Shown in pieces: positions 1-10,137 of a stretch of DNA of 64,000 nt. The notes beneath the pieces were generated by a model, which worked only from the letters and a program-made list of their open reading frames with translations, did no database searches and was not told the DNA's origin. Positions within the stretch are counted from its first letter, which is position 1. Every line of letters starts with the position of its first letter. A program made the translations under genes and the position numbers. Origin of the DNA: Candidatus Cloacimonadota bacterium (GTDB lineage Bacteria > Cloacimonadota > Cloacimonadia > G963667145); contig OY781092.1 of assembly GCA_963676615.1 (NCBI GenBank), positions 832,001 through 896,000 on the forward strand, in the 5' to 3' direction.

Positions 1-657
1 AAAATCGAGAAACGCCAGCGGATACTTTTTTAGTTTTGCGCCTAACAACAAACTTTTGCCTCCCAAACTCGTTCGCTCCAGATCCAAACTGCCAGCGATT
101 TTTTCAAACTCCTTTGTTTTCCCCAGCAAATCTAGTCCCAAAAGCACTCCGCACAAAAAATCGTCGCCACTGGGTGTCCAGCCGATTCCCAAACCGACCA
201 GTTTTGCACAACTGCGCAAATCGCTCTTGTCCAACAAGTTACGAGCTTTTTCGCTCCAAATTGAGCCGCCTTTTTCCGATAGCACGCCAAGCAACCCTTC
301 TGACTGTCCAAATTCTAGCAAAAACTCCCGCAAGCGCGTCGCCTCTGCCAAATTTGAGCCAAAACTTTGGCTCAATCCCAGCGACACAACCTGACAAGAC
401 ACCTCTATACTCGCCAAATCTCCGATTTTCACTCGACTTGGCTCAAAATAAACGACCTGATTTTTCAAGTCCAATCTTTGCTGGAATAGCTCGGAAGTAA
501 CCAGCGAAAAGGGGGAAAGCAAATTTTCGTGCTTTAGCAATGTGCAAAAATGTCCGTCGATCAAAATGTTGACCGCTTTGGAAAACACCGAATGCACACT
601 TCCTTTTCCTGCTCGAGCAAAAAGCTCTCCCCTTGTTTCGCCGCTAAAAAAATGCAA
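1..657 (-). CDS. DUF2877 / YlbF(AllH)-like protein, 3'-partial (runs off window start; absent from ORF track)
   Basis: Manual translation of the minus strand is open from a TTG at 657 to base 1. It contains GSVHSVFSKAVN and LVGLGIGWTPSGDDFLCG, matching the GLGxGxTPSGDD signature of DUF2877. Start lies 5 bp after the permease stop. Confidence 0.8.
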   Translation of the reverse strand, partial: MHFFSGETRGELFARAGKGSVHSVFSKAVNILIDGHFCTLLKHENLLSPFSLVTSELFQQRLDLKNQVVYFEPSRVKIGDLASIEVSCQVVSLGLSQSFGSNLAEATRLREFLLEFGQSEGLLGVLSEKGGSIWSEKARNLLDKSDLRSCAKLVGLGIGWTPSGDDFLCGVLLGLDLLGKTKEFEKIAGSLDLERTSLGGKSLLLGAKLKKYPLAFLDF

Positions 658-662
658 TTTTA

Positions 663-1922
663 CTATTCTTCCAACTTCTTAATCGGCTCTTTGGTGGTGA
701 GCAAAAATATTGCGTTGAGCACGATGCCAAAAAGAGCTGCCAATCCGAGCCCTTTCAGCTCAGCGTTACCGATTCTAATGGCTGCTTCGCCAAGACCGAT
801 GACCATTATCGACGCCGTAACCATCAAAGGTCGTGGGTCTGAAAAATCGATTTTGGCGCGAATCATATTGCCGATACCGATCGACGAAATCATTCCGAAG
901 AGCAAAATCGAAATTCCGCCGATGACAGGACCGGGAATTGTGCCGATAATCGCCGTGAATTTTGGGATGAACGCCAACATAATCGAGAAAATCGCCGCAA
1001 TCCGCATAATCACTGGGTTGTATGCGCCCGTAAGTGCCACAGCTCCTGTGTTTTCGGAATATGTCGTGTTGGCAGGGCCTCCGACCAAGCCAGACAAACT
1101 TGTGGCAATACCGTCGCCAAGAATCGTTCTGTGCACGCCCGGCTCTTTGATGAAATCTTTTTTCACAACATTACCGATAGCCAAAACATCGCCAAAGTGT
1201 TCCACAATCGTCACTATCGCAACTGGCACAAGCACCGACGCACTGCGCATCGTAAAGGTGGCAAAAGTGAACTCGGGCAAGCCAATCCAGCTGGCGTTTA
1301 CTATCGGCGCAAAATCGACCACGCCCATAACAATGCTCAAAAAATATCCCGCAAACAAAGCCACCAGCACTGGCAACATCGAGAAAAGCTTGTTTCTTTT
1401 TTCAAAAAAGATTTTTACAAACGCTGCCACACCAAAAGTGAACAGAGCGATAAACCACGCTCCTCCCTCGCCGATGCTCTGCACAATTTGCGGAGCGTAG
1501 GCGGCTTTGGCGTTGTTAATCGCCACTGGCGCCAAAAGAAGTCCAATCAGAATAATCACAGGACCTGTCACATGAGGCGGCAAAATCAGGTGAAGCTTCT
1601 CGTAGCCAACCCATTTAAAGACAATCGAAGCCACCACATAGACCAATCCAGCAAGCACGATACCGCCGCAAGCCTCCGAGAGCGATCCGCCCTGAAACTT
1701 CGACACAGCGATAATTCCCGGCATAAATGCGAAAGAGCTGCCCAAAAATACTGGCACCTCAAACTTCGTCAAAAAGTGAAACACCAAAGTTCCAATGCCC
1801 GCCATCAGCAGCGTTACGCCCACATCCAAGCCTGTGATCAGCGGCACCAAAACTGTCGCGCCAAACATCACAAATGTGTGTTGCAAGCCCAAAATGACTA
1901 GCTTTCCATTAATTTTCTCCAT
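663..1922 (-). CDS. NCS2-family nucleobase (uracil/xanthine) permease
   Basis: LQHTFVMFGATVLVP N-terminus, GSSFAF, EHFGD and TTYSEN.GA motifs; many hydrophobic helices. Confidence 0.93.
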   Translation of the reverse strand: MEKINGKLVILGLQHTFVMFGATVLVPLITGLDVGVTLLMAGIGTLVFHFLTKFEVPVFLGSSFAFMPGIIAVSKFQGGSLSEACGGIVLAGLVYVVASIVFKWVGYEKLHLILPPHVTGPVIILIGLLLAPVAINNAKAAYAPQIVQSIGEGGAWFIALFTFGVAAFVKIFFEKRNKLFSMLPVLVALFAGYFLSIVMGVVDFAPIVNASWIGLPEFTFATFTMRSASVLVPVAIVTIVEHFGDVLAIGNVVKKDFIKEPGVHRTILGDGIATSLSGLVGGPANTTYSENTGAVALTGAYNPVIMRIAAIFSIMLAFIPKFTAIIGTIPGPVIGGISILLFGMISSIGIGNMIRAKIDFSDPRPLMVTASIMVIGLGEAAIRIGNAELKGLGLAALFGIVLNAIFLLTTKEPIKKLEE

Positions 1923-1943
1923 TTTTTTAATCTCCTTATTTTT

Positions 1944-4331
1944 TTATTTTTTTGTTATGTAATCGTCAATGTTGAACTTTTCTTTGTCGGCGATAGCCTG
2001 CCAAACATCTTCGGCACGAATCGGCAGATTTAGCAGCTCAATGCCCAAAGCGTCTTTTAGGGCGTTGCCAATCCCCGAAGCCACAGAAACCATCGGCGGC
2101 TCACCGATGCCGCGCGCGCCATAGGGTCCGTCGATTTGCGGCGTCTCTATCGGATAAAATTCCAAGCTCTCTGGCACATCTTTCGAGGTCGGAATTTTGT
2201 TGTCCGTAAAGCTCGGATTAAGCAGTTTCCCCTGCTCGTCGTAGATGTAGCCCTCGCAGATTCCCGTGCCCATTCCTTGCACCACTGCGCCGAAAGTTTG
2301 CCCCTTGGCACAGCCCAGATTTATCACTTTGCCAAGATCCATCGCCGTGGCAATTTTTTTGATTTCGTATTCGCCAGATTCGGGATCCGCCTCAACGATA
2401 ACGCCGTGCGCGCCCATCGTCCAGTCGAGCGCTGGATAGCCTTGCCCAGTGGATTTCTCCAAATTTGTCAGACCCTGCGCGATGTAGCTGCCAACGCCCA
2501 AAATCGGACCGCCAACCCCGTTTCCGTTCGGATAAGCGTAGCCGACAGCCACCTGTGCGAAAGTCACAAAATTTTTTGGATGATGCCGCACAAAAATCTT
2601 GCCGTCCTGATGCTCCAAATCCATCACATCGCAACGCAGCACCTCGCTGGCGATTTTGTAAGCTTTCTCCAAAAGGTCGTTCGCCGCCTTTATCGTGGCG
2701 TTTCCGCTCATAAAAAGTCCCTTGGAAGCCACTGTTTGCCAGTCGTATGGATCGTGCTCTGTGTCGCAATAGATGGTTACATTCACATCGTCGTAGGGGA
2801 TGCGAAGCCGCTCTGCGACAATCTGCGCGATGGCAGAATACGCCCCTTGTCCTATTTCGGTGAGCGTCAAATTCGCGTTCACAGTGCCGTCTTCGTTCAT
2901 CCTGATGGTCGTCGTGGAGCCAGTAAATGCTGGCATTGCGGGAGCTTTTTTGAAAGTCACAATCGCCTTGCCGATTTTTTTGCCGCTAGCCTGCGCCTGC
3001 TTTTCCGCATCAGAGAGCGTCCCATATCCGATAGCCTCTTTAACCGTCTGGGCGCACTTTCGCACATCGCCAGAATTTGCGGTAATCTCCTCTCCCGTGA
3101 GAGTCGTCGAGCCCGGTTCATACATATTCAACTCGCGGAATTCGTAAGGGTCGATGCCCAAAGTTTGCGCGCACAAATCCATATGCCGCTCTAGTCCCCA
3201 CGAAAATTCGACATGCCCAAAACCACGATACGCTGTGGAATACGGCAAGTTTGTGTAAACCGTGTAGCCGTCTAGCCAAGCGTCGGGAATGTGATACGGA
3301 CCGTTGGCAGAATAGCCTGTGGCTCTGGTGACATTCACCGCATAATCGGCGTAGGCGCCAGAATCCCAATACAGCGTCATCTTTTGCCCCAAAATTTTTC
3401 CCGCTTTGCTCAAGCCAGTTTTGATGTTATAAACAAGCCCCGTGCGGCGTGGCAGCATAAAAAACTCCTCCTCACGAGAAGCGACGAACTTCACTGGGCG
3501 ACCGCCAGCTTTGCGCGACAGGCACGCAACCAGCGGCTCGATGCCCACGCCTGCTTTTCCGCCAAAACCGCCTCCAACATTGGGGATAGTCACCTTGATT
3601 TTGGAATGCGGCAACTTGAACGAGTTCGCCATCAAATTTCGCACCGTAAACGCCGACTGCGCCGAAGTCCAAATCTGAATATTGTCGTCCGTCTTCCACT
3701 GCACAATCGCCGAGTGCGTCTCCATCGGCACATGCTGCACAGCGGGGTTGGTGTATTCCCGCTCCACGATATAGTCCGATTTGGCGAAAGCTTTTTCCAC
3801 ATCGCCCTTGCGAGTTTTGGTGTGATTGGCGATGTTCGTCCCTGGCTTGGGCGTAAAACACGGCTCAAAATAGTCGTAACTTGCCAAATCTGGATGAATT
3901 ACAGGAGCGTCATCCTTTAGCGCATCTTTCACATTCAGCACTGGCGTTAGCGGCTCATACTCGACTTCAATTAAATCCAAAGCCTTTTGCGCAATCTTTA
4001 GATCGTCCGCCACCACCGCAGCCACACCCTCTCCATAGTGCCGCACGAACTTTTTGGCAAGCACATCTTTATCCACCAAATACAGCCCAATTTTGTAATC
4101 CAGCTCTTTTCCAGTAAGCACACCTCGCACACCGGGCAACGCCTGCGCCTTACTCGTGTCGATGCTCAAAATTTTTGCACTAGCATAAGGACTGGTCTTG
4201 ACCAGAGCGTGCAACATTCCCGGCAAAACCATATCGGTCGTATAAATCGCCTCGCCAGTAATCTTCGCCAAAGTGTCCTTCCGCGGCAAATCTTTGCCAA
4301 TCAACTTCAGATCTTTCTCATTTTCATACAT
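1944..4331 (-). CDS. Xanthine dehydrogenase-family molybdopterin-binding subunit
   Basis: GGGFGGK, AYRGFG, EIGQG and GPYGARGIGEP motifs; 795 aa. Confidence 0.92.
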   Translation of the reverse strand: MYENEKDLKLIGKDLPRKDTLAKITGEAIYTTDMVLPGMLHALVKTSPYASAKILSIDTSKAQALPGVRGVLTGKELDYKIGLYLVDKDVLAKKFVRHYGEGVAAVVADDLKIAQKALDLIEVEYEPLTPVLNVKDALKDDAPVIHPDLASYDYFEPCFTPKPGTNIANHTKTRKGDVEKAFAKSDYIVEREYTNPAVQHVPMETHSAIVQWKTDDNIQIWTSAQSAFTVRNLMANSFKLPHSKIKVTIPNVGGGFGGKAGVGIEPLVACLSRKAGGRPVKFVASREEEFFMLPRRTGLVYNIKTGLSKAGKILGQKMTLYWDSGAYADYAVNVTRATGYSANGPYHIPDAWLDGYTVYTNLPYSTAYRGFGHVEFSWGLERHMDLCAQTLGIDPYEFRELNMYEPGSTTLTGEEITANSGDVRKCAQTVKEAIGYGTLSDAEKQAQASGKKIGKAIVTFKKAPAMPAFTGSTTTIRMNEDGTVNANLTLTEIGQGAYSAIAQIVAERLRIPYDDVNVTIYCDTEHDPYDWQTVASKGLFMSGNATIKAANDLLEKAYKIASEVLRCDVMDLEHQDGKIFVRHHPKNFVTFAQVAVGYAYPNGNGVGGPILGVGSYIAQGLTNLEKSTGQGYPALDWTMGAHGVIVEADPESGEYEIKKIATAMDLGKVINLGCAKGQTFGAVVQGMGTGICEGYIYDEQGKLLNPSFTDNKIPTSKDVPESLEFYPIETPQIDGPYGARGIGEPPMVSVASGIGNALKDALGIELLNLPIRAEDVWQAIADKEKFNIDDYITKK

Positions 4332-4342
4332 AATGGCTCTCC

Positions 4343-4810
4343 CTATTTGTCCAACTGTCCGCTTACATCCAAAACGGCGTCCACTATTTGGTTATACCCT
4401 GTGCAACGGCAAAAATTGCCCTCGATTTGCTCCTTAATCTCGTCCACGCTCGGCTTCGAGTTGCGCAAAAGCAGCTCCTTGACCGACATAATCATCCCCG
4501 CAGTGCAATATCCACACTGCACAGCGTGATGCTTCTGAAAAGCCGCCTGCAAATCGCTGAGCGAGCCGTCCTGCGACTCGTTCTCCAAAGTCACAATCTC
4601 CGCGCCATCTGCCTCGGCAGCCAGCACAAGGCACGAGTTCACCACTCTTCCGTTCAAAAAAATCGTGCACGCCCCACACTCCCCAGCGCCGCAACCCTCT
4701 TTGGCAGCCGTCAGCCCCAAATCTTCTCGCAAAAAATGCAGCAAAATTCGGCTATCAGCCACCTCTCTGGAATAGAGCTGCCCGTTAACTTTCACTGAAA
4801 TAGTTTTCAT
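4343..4810 (-). CDS. (2Fe-2S)-binding subunit of molybdenum hydroxylase
   Basis: KEGCGAGECGAC, QCGYC and CRCTGY motifs. Confidence 0.95.
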   Translation of the reverse strand: MKTISVKVNGQLYSREVADSRILLHFLREDLGLTAAKEGCGAGECGACTIFLNGRVVNSCLVLAAEADGAEIVTLENESQDGSLSDLQAAFQKHHAVQCGYCTAGMIMSVKELLLRNSKPSVDEIKEQIEGNFCRCTGYNQIVDAVLDVSGQLDK

Positions 4811-5628
4811 AGACCTATCTCCTTCATAATATCTTTGGCGTATTTTTGCGCCATAAACAGCCGATACTCCTTGCTGCAGCGGATATCGTCGATTGGAGAA
4901 ATTTTTTGGGAAATATCGGACAACACCTTATCTAGGCTAACATCAGCGGTGTATCTGCCGACCAGCACTGGCGTAGGAGCCGCGGCGTTCACCGCAACCG
5001 CCAAAAAATCTTTGCCACGCACAACCGCAACACCCACAAGCGACAAATCGTGCCCCTTGATCCGTGTCAATTTCTTGTAGCCGCCCTTAGCATCTGCGCT
5101 CGCCGCTGGCACAATCACCTCTTTCGCCCACTCGTCCTTTGCAATCACTGTCTTCTTTACGCCCACAAAAAAATCTTTCAGAGGCACAATCCGCTCGCCC
5201 TTTTTGCTCACCAGCTTAATCGACGCATCCAGACACAAAAAAGCCGTCGGTAAATCTCCCGACGGCGAAGCGTTAACAATATTTCCAATAACAGTGGCTC
5301 TGTTGCGGAGTTGATGCGAAGCCAAGGTGTGACAAGTTTCCGCAAGAACTGGGAATCTGTCTTTCACCAGCTTATCTTCCAAAAGCTGATTGACACTCAC
5401 TCCCGAGCCAACCACCAGACCATCGCTTTGGTCAAATCGCAGCTCGGCACACTTTGGAATTTTCTTAAAATCTATCACCGCCGCTGGCTTTAGCTGCCCA
5501 GATCGCATATTGACCAGCAAATCTGTGCCACCAGCCAGAAGCACCGCATCGTCCAAACTCGCCAAAAGCTCCAACAACTCAGCCTCGCTCTGCGGTGCGT
5601 AATAATCAAAATCGAACTTCATTATCAC
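4807..5628 (-). CDS. FAD-binding subunit of molybdenum hydroxylase
   Basis: LAGGTDL, RNRATVIGN..NASP and PIDDIRCS.EYR motifs. Confidence 0.93.
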   Translation of the reverse strand: MIMKFDFDYYAPQSEAELLELLASLDDAVLLAGGTDLLVNMRSGQLKPAAVIDFKKIPKCAELRFDQSDGLVVGSGVSVNQLLEDKLVKDRFPVLAETCHTLASHQLRNRATVIGNIVNASPSGDLPTAFLCLDASIKLVSKKGERIVPLKDFFVGVKKTVIAKDEWAKEVIVPAASADAKGGYKKLTRIKGHDLSLVGVAVVRGKDFLAVAVNAAAPTPVLVGRYTADVSLDKVLSDISQKISPIDDIRCSKEYRLFMAQKYAKDIMKEIGL

Positions 5629-5640
5629 TCCCTTTCAATT

Positions 5641-7191
5641 TTATAACGGAATATTTCCGTGCTTTTTCGCTGGCAAATCGGACTTTTTATTTTCCAACTG
5701 CTCCAGCGTTTTAATCAAATAAGCTCTGGTATCCTCGGGCAAAATCACGCCGTCAATGTAACTTTTGGACGCCGCATCGTATGGATTGGCAAACTTTTGC
5801 TGATACTCCTGTTCCTTCTCCTGCAAAAACGCTTGTGGATCTTCCTGATCTTTCGACGCCCTGCGGAACAAAATCTCCACAGCACCCTTGGAGCCCATCA
5901 CCGCAATCTCGGCAAGCGGCCAAGCCACCACTCGATCAGCGTAGAGATGACGCGAGTTCATCACAATATAAGCTCCGCCATACGCCTTGCGCAAAATCAA
6001 AGTAATCTTCGGCACAGTCGCTTCGGCAAAAGCGTACATCAGCTTTGCACCATTGCGGATAATGCCGCCGTGCTCTTGCGTCGAGCCAGGCATAAATCCA
6101 GGCACATCCTCCAGCACAACCAACGGAATGTTGAAACTGTCGCAAAATCTGACGAACCTAGCGCCTTTCACAGAAGCGTTAATATCCAAACAGCCAGCCA
6201 AAAACGCAGGTTGATTGGCGACAATTCCCACGCTCTTGCCGTTCAGCCGCGCAAAACCGACCACGATGTTGCGCGCAAAATCTTTGGCAACCTCCAAAAA
6301 ATCGCCATTATCGACAATCTCGCCAATCACGCTCTTAATGTCGTAGCCCTTGTTCACATTCTCTGGCACAAGCCCCGCAAAAGAGTCGGTCGCCCTATCC
6401 ACAGGATCGGAATTTTCAAACTCTGGCGGCGCTTGCCTAAAATTCGACGGAATGTAACTCAGCAGCGACTTAACACGATCCAGCGTATCTTGCTCGCCCT
6501 CGCCCTTAAACTGCGCCACACCCGATTTGCGCATATGCACATTCGCACCGCCCAAATCTTCGGTGCTTATCTCCTCGTGCAACACCGTCTTCACGACTTT
6601 CGGTCCGGTGATAAACATAAAAGCGTTTTCGTTGTTCATAATCGTAAAATCTGTAATCGCTGGAGAGTAAACAGCTCCGCCAGCGCAAGGTCCCAGAATC
6701 GTCGAAATCTGCGGAATAACGCCCGAAGCCATCACATTTCGCACAAAAATCTCGCCGAAACCAGCCAGCGAATCGATGCCCTCTTGCACTCTGGCACCGC
6801 CAGAATCCAAAAGCCCAATCACAGGCGCACCAACCTTCATCGCCTCGTCCATCACCTTGCAAATCTTGTCCGCATGCACTTTGGAGAGCGAGCCGCCATT
6901 CACCGTAAAATCTTGGGCAAACACATACACCAAACGCCCGTCAATCTTGCCCGAGCCAGTCACCACGCTATCTCCCAACACCTTCTTCTTCTCCATTCCA
7001 AAATTCACACAATTGTGCGTCACGAACATATCCATCTCCGAAAAACTACCCTCGTCCAAAAGATAGTCCAGCCTCTCACGAGCCGTCCATTTACCCTTTT
7101 CGTGTTGAGCGTCAATCCGCTTTTGACCTCCGCCCAAATAGGCTTCAGCCACCTTCTCTTGCAACTCTTGAATCTTCTCTTGCATTTCCAA
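5641..7191 (-). CDS. Acyl-CoA carboxylase/decarboxylase carboxyltransferase subunit (PccB/MmdA-like)
   Basis: QDFTV.GGSL, DSGGARVQEG, GPCAGGAVYSPA, DVPGFMPG, RKAYGGAY and KKHGNIPL motifs. Confidence 0.93.
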   Translation of the reverse strand: MEMQEKIQELQEKVAEAYLGGGQKRIDAQHEKGKWTARERLDYLLDEGSFSEMDMFVTHNCVNFGMEKKKVLGDSVVTGSGKIDGRLVYVFAQDFTVNGGSLSKVHADKICKVMDEAMKVGAPVIGLLDSGGARVQEGIDSLAGFGEIFVRNVMASGVIPQISTILGPCAGGAVYSPAITDFTIMNNENAFMFITGPKVVKTVLHEEISTEDLGGANVHMRKSGVAQFKGEGEQDTLDRVKSLLSYIPSNFRQAPPEFENSDPVDRATDSFAGLVPENVNKGYDIKSVIGEIVDNGDFLEVAKDFARNIVVGFARLNGKSVGIVANQPAFLAGCLDINASVKGARFVRFCDSFNIPLVVLEDVPGFMPGSTQEHGGIIRNGAKLMYAFAEATVPKITLILRKAYGGAYIVMNSRHLYADRVVAWPLAEIAVMGSKGAVEILFRRASKDQEDPQAFLQEKEQEYQQKFANPYDAASKSYIDGVILPEDTRAYLIKTLEQLENKKSDLPAKKHGNIPL

Positions 7192-7285
7192 ATCTCCTTT
7201 TTTATCCGCAACAAGTAAATTGTTTCACAACATTTTTTTTCGTCAAACTATTCCTAAATTTTATCAAAATCTCGACATTTTTTTT

Positions 7286-7323
7286 AAAAAAAAGACCCCC
7301 TTTCAAAAAAAAAGAAGGTCTTT
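7286..7323 (-). terminator. Probable intrinsic terminator after the second Mo-hydroxylase operon
   Basis: AAAGACC...GGTCTTT stem followed by a T-tract on the minus strand. Confidence 0.45.
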
Positions 7324-7345
7324 ACATACTGTCATTTCAGCAATC

Positions 7346-9685
7346 TCACTTTTTCATCCCCATTAGCACTTTCTCCGGGAACAAAGGCAAATCCTTTATT
7401 CGCACACCAGTAGCCGCATAAATAGCGTTCGCTATGGCAGCCATCGGGGTGTCGATGCCAATCTCACCAATCGATTTTGCGCCATACGGTCCTGTCGGAT
7501 CGTAACTCTCGGCAAACTCCACCGTAATCTTTGGCACCTCTTTTCTGGCAGGCAACTTGTAGTTAAACAAGCTGTTGGTCAACATCTGTCCCTTGTCAGA
7601 ATAAGTCACATCCTCATAGCAAGCCATTCCGATGCCTTGCACCAAACCGCCCTCGCCTTGCACACGCACAAGCGCTGGATTGATAAGACCGCCACAATCG
7701 ATCACGCCAATGTAATCGTTAATATCGTAATGCCCTGTCACCTTGTCGATTGTGATGTCCACAATTGCCGCCATATATGGTGGAGGCGAAACCTCGGGAA
7801 CGAAAGACTCGCAAGCCATCAGCTGGCCCTTCAGATCGCCAATGCCCATATCGTAATAAAGATTTGAGCCCAAATCTTCGATAGTAATCGAGTTCTTTCC
7901 GTCTTTGGACTTCACCAATTTGCCGTCAAACTCCACATCTTTCGCCTCAATTCCCCAAATAGCGGCAGCCTTTGCCTCGATTTTCGCCTTCATCGCTTTG
8001 GCTGTCTTTATCACCGCGTTACCAGTCACATAAGTGGTCTTTGATGCGTAAGCGCCTGGATCAAAAGGCGTTAAGTCGGTATCGGACGAATAAACAATCA
8101 CCCTAGAAGTGTCGATATTCAAAACATCGGCAGCTATCTGAGCCAAAATCGTGTCCGAACCTTGTCCAATTTCCGTAGCACCCATCGTCAAGTTGAAAAA
8201 GCCGTCGTCGTTCAACTTTAGGGCAGCAGAAGCCATATCGATATCTTGGATACCAGAGCCTTGCATCGCAATAGCCATACCTTGCGAGCGCACTTTGCCG
8301 TTACCCAAATCAGTCACCTGACAATCGTCGTTCCACTTAGCCAGCTCTTTGGCTCTTTTTACACAATATTCCAGCTTGCAAGACTCAATCATCATCGCCT
8401 TGCCCTCGGTGCCTTCGCCCATCAGCTTGAATAGCGGAGAGGTCTCCCCCTCTTTTATCATATTCATCTCTCTGATTTTAGCTGGCGAAACGCCGACCTT
8501 TTCTGCGAGCATATCCATCACCGATTCCAGCGCGAAGTTTCCTTGCATAGCGCCGTAACCACGATAAGCTCCGCCTGGAGTTCTGTTTGTGTAAACCACT
8601 TTTCCGCCGAATTTCACCGCTTTGGAACGACCCTGCACAGCGTAAAGCGGCAAAGTTTTTCCACCAGCGAGCATAAACACGGTCAAAGCGTGCTCGCCAT
8701 AAGCTCCTGTGTTCGACAAAACATCCATATCGATAGCGTTGATTGTGCCGTCGTTATTCGCTCCAATCTTCACCGAAATCTTCATCTGATGACGCGCAAA
8801 AGTTGACTCGAAAACCTCTTTTCTGGTAAAGTTGCAAAGAGCAGGTTTGCCCGTGCGCAAAGTGGTGATGCACGCCAACATCTCGCCGTGGATCTGCTGC
8901 TTTCCGCCATATCCACCGCCAACTTTTGGCTTATGCACCCTCAATTTTGAACGGTCGTAGTTCAAAGCTTTCGAGATAATTCTTCTGATATGATGAGGCA
9001 CTTGGGTCGAGCTGATAACATTCAACCTGTCGTAACCATCAAAATAGGTGTAGCAAGTGTGAGTCTCCGCACAATAGTGCGCCTGCGCTTGCGTGTAAAA
9101 AACATCCTCAACAACGATGTCGCTTTTCGCCATCTCGCCGTCGGTGTCGCCATCTTCGCAAAAGAAAGCAGCCGCAATATTTTTTTTCGGATCAAAACCA
9201 ATCGGAAAAAGCTCGCACGCCTCTGGTTCGTTATGGATTATGCTCTTGTGACCTTCGGCTTTCTCGAAATCGAGCACCGCTTCCAGCACCTCATACTCAA
9301 CCTTTACCGTATCCAAAGCCGCTTGCGCCGTCCGCTCATCCACAGCCGCCACAGCCATCACCTCGTCGCCAACATACCTAACATACTCATCCAAAATGAA
9401 CTTATCGTATGGAGAAGGCTCTGGAAAACCTTGACCTGCGCGAGTGTAAATATTTCTGGGAACATCTTTATCTAGGTGCGTGATAACCGTTGCCACGCCT
9501 TCCATCGCTTTTGCCGCACTAACATCGATAGATTTAATCCTCGCATATGCGTGAGGCGAACGCAAAATCTTGACCACCAACGCATCGGGGTCTCTTTTTG
9601 CCATATCGTTGGTATAGACTGGGCGGCCTTTGATGATACTCTCGCCATCTTTTTTAGGGATAGATTTACCTACAGCACTACTCAT
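7346..9685 (-). CDS. Molybdopterin-binding oxidoreductase large subunit (XdhD/YgfN-like)
   Basis: TRAGQGFPEPSPYD, GGGYGGKQ, AYRGYG and GPYGAKSIGE motifs. Confidence 0.9.
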   Translation of the reverse strand: MSSAVGKSIPKKDGESIIKGRPVYTNDMAKRDPDALVVKILRSPHAYARIKSIDVSAAKAMEGVATVITHLDKDVPRNIYTRAGQGFPEPSPYDKFILDEYVRYVGDEVMAVAAVDERTAQAALDTVKVEYEVLEAVLDFEKAEGHKSIIHNEPEACELFPIGFDPKKNIAAAFFCEDGDTDGEMAKSDIVVEDVFYTQAQAHYCAETHTCYTYFDGYDRLNVISSTQVPHHIRRIISKALNYDRSKLRVHKPKVGGGYGGKQQIHGEMLACITTLRTGKPALCNFTRKEVFESTFARHQMKISVKIGANNDGTINAIDMDVLSNTGAYGEHALTVFMLAGGKTLPLYAVQGRSKAVKFGGKVVYTNRTPGGAYRGYGAMQGNFALESVMDMLAEKVGVSPAKIREMNMIKEGETSPLFKLMGEGTEGKAMMIESCKLEYCVKRAKELAKWNDDCQVTDLGNGKVRSQGMAIAMQGSGIQDIDMASAALKLNDDGFFNLTMGATEIGQGSDTILAQIAADVLNIDTSRVIVYSSDTDLTPFDPGAYASKTTYVTGNAVIKTAKAMKAKIEAKAAAIWGIEAKDVEFDGKLVKSKDGKNSITIEDLGSNLYYDMGIGDLKGQLMACESFVPEVSPPPYMAAIVDITIDKVTGHYDINDYIGVIDCGGLINPALVRVQGEGGLVQGIGMACYEDVTYSDKGQMLTNSLFNYKLPARKEVPKITVEFAESYDPTGPYGAKSIGEIGIDTPMAAIANAIYAATGVRIKDLPLFPEKVLMGMKK

Positions 9686-10137
9686 TTCAAACCTCCCAAA
9701 TAAGTTTTAATCGCCCTCATTTGACTAACATAACCCGAGCAGCGACAAACATTTCCGTTGATATAATGCCGAATTTGCTCATCGGTCAAATCCGCACCAA
9801 GATCTTGCACCATCGCATAAACGGTCAGCGCAAGAGCCGTGTCGCAATAACCACACTGGATAGCTCCCTCTTGGTTCATCGCCTTAAAGAAAACTTTCGC
9901 CTCTTTTTGAATACCCTCGACAGTCGTAACAGCCTTGCCTTGCGCTCTGGACGCCAAAAACGAACAAGACAAAACTGGCTTGCCGTCCAAAAGCACCGTG
10001 CACATCGCACAAGAAGAAGTATCGCAACTCCTTTTCACGCTCGTAATTCCGTTATCGCGCAAAACATCTAGCAAATATTCGTCCTCTTTAATGTAAAAAG
10101 TTTTGGGAGCACCGTTCAATTTAATATCTAATTTCAT
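9682..10137 (-). CDS. (2Fe-2S)-binding subunit
   Basis: SCDTSSCAMC, QCGYC and CRCSGY motifs; ATGA overlaps with neighbours. Confidence 0.92.
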   Translation of the reverse strand: MKLDIKLNGAPKTFYIKEDEYLLDVLRDNGITSVKRSCDTSSCAMCTVLLDGKPVLSCSFLASRAQGKAVTTVEGIQKEAKVFFKAMNQEGAIQCGYCDTALALTVYAMVQDLGADLTDEQIRHYINGNVCRCSGYVSQMRAIKTYLGGLK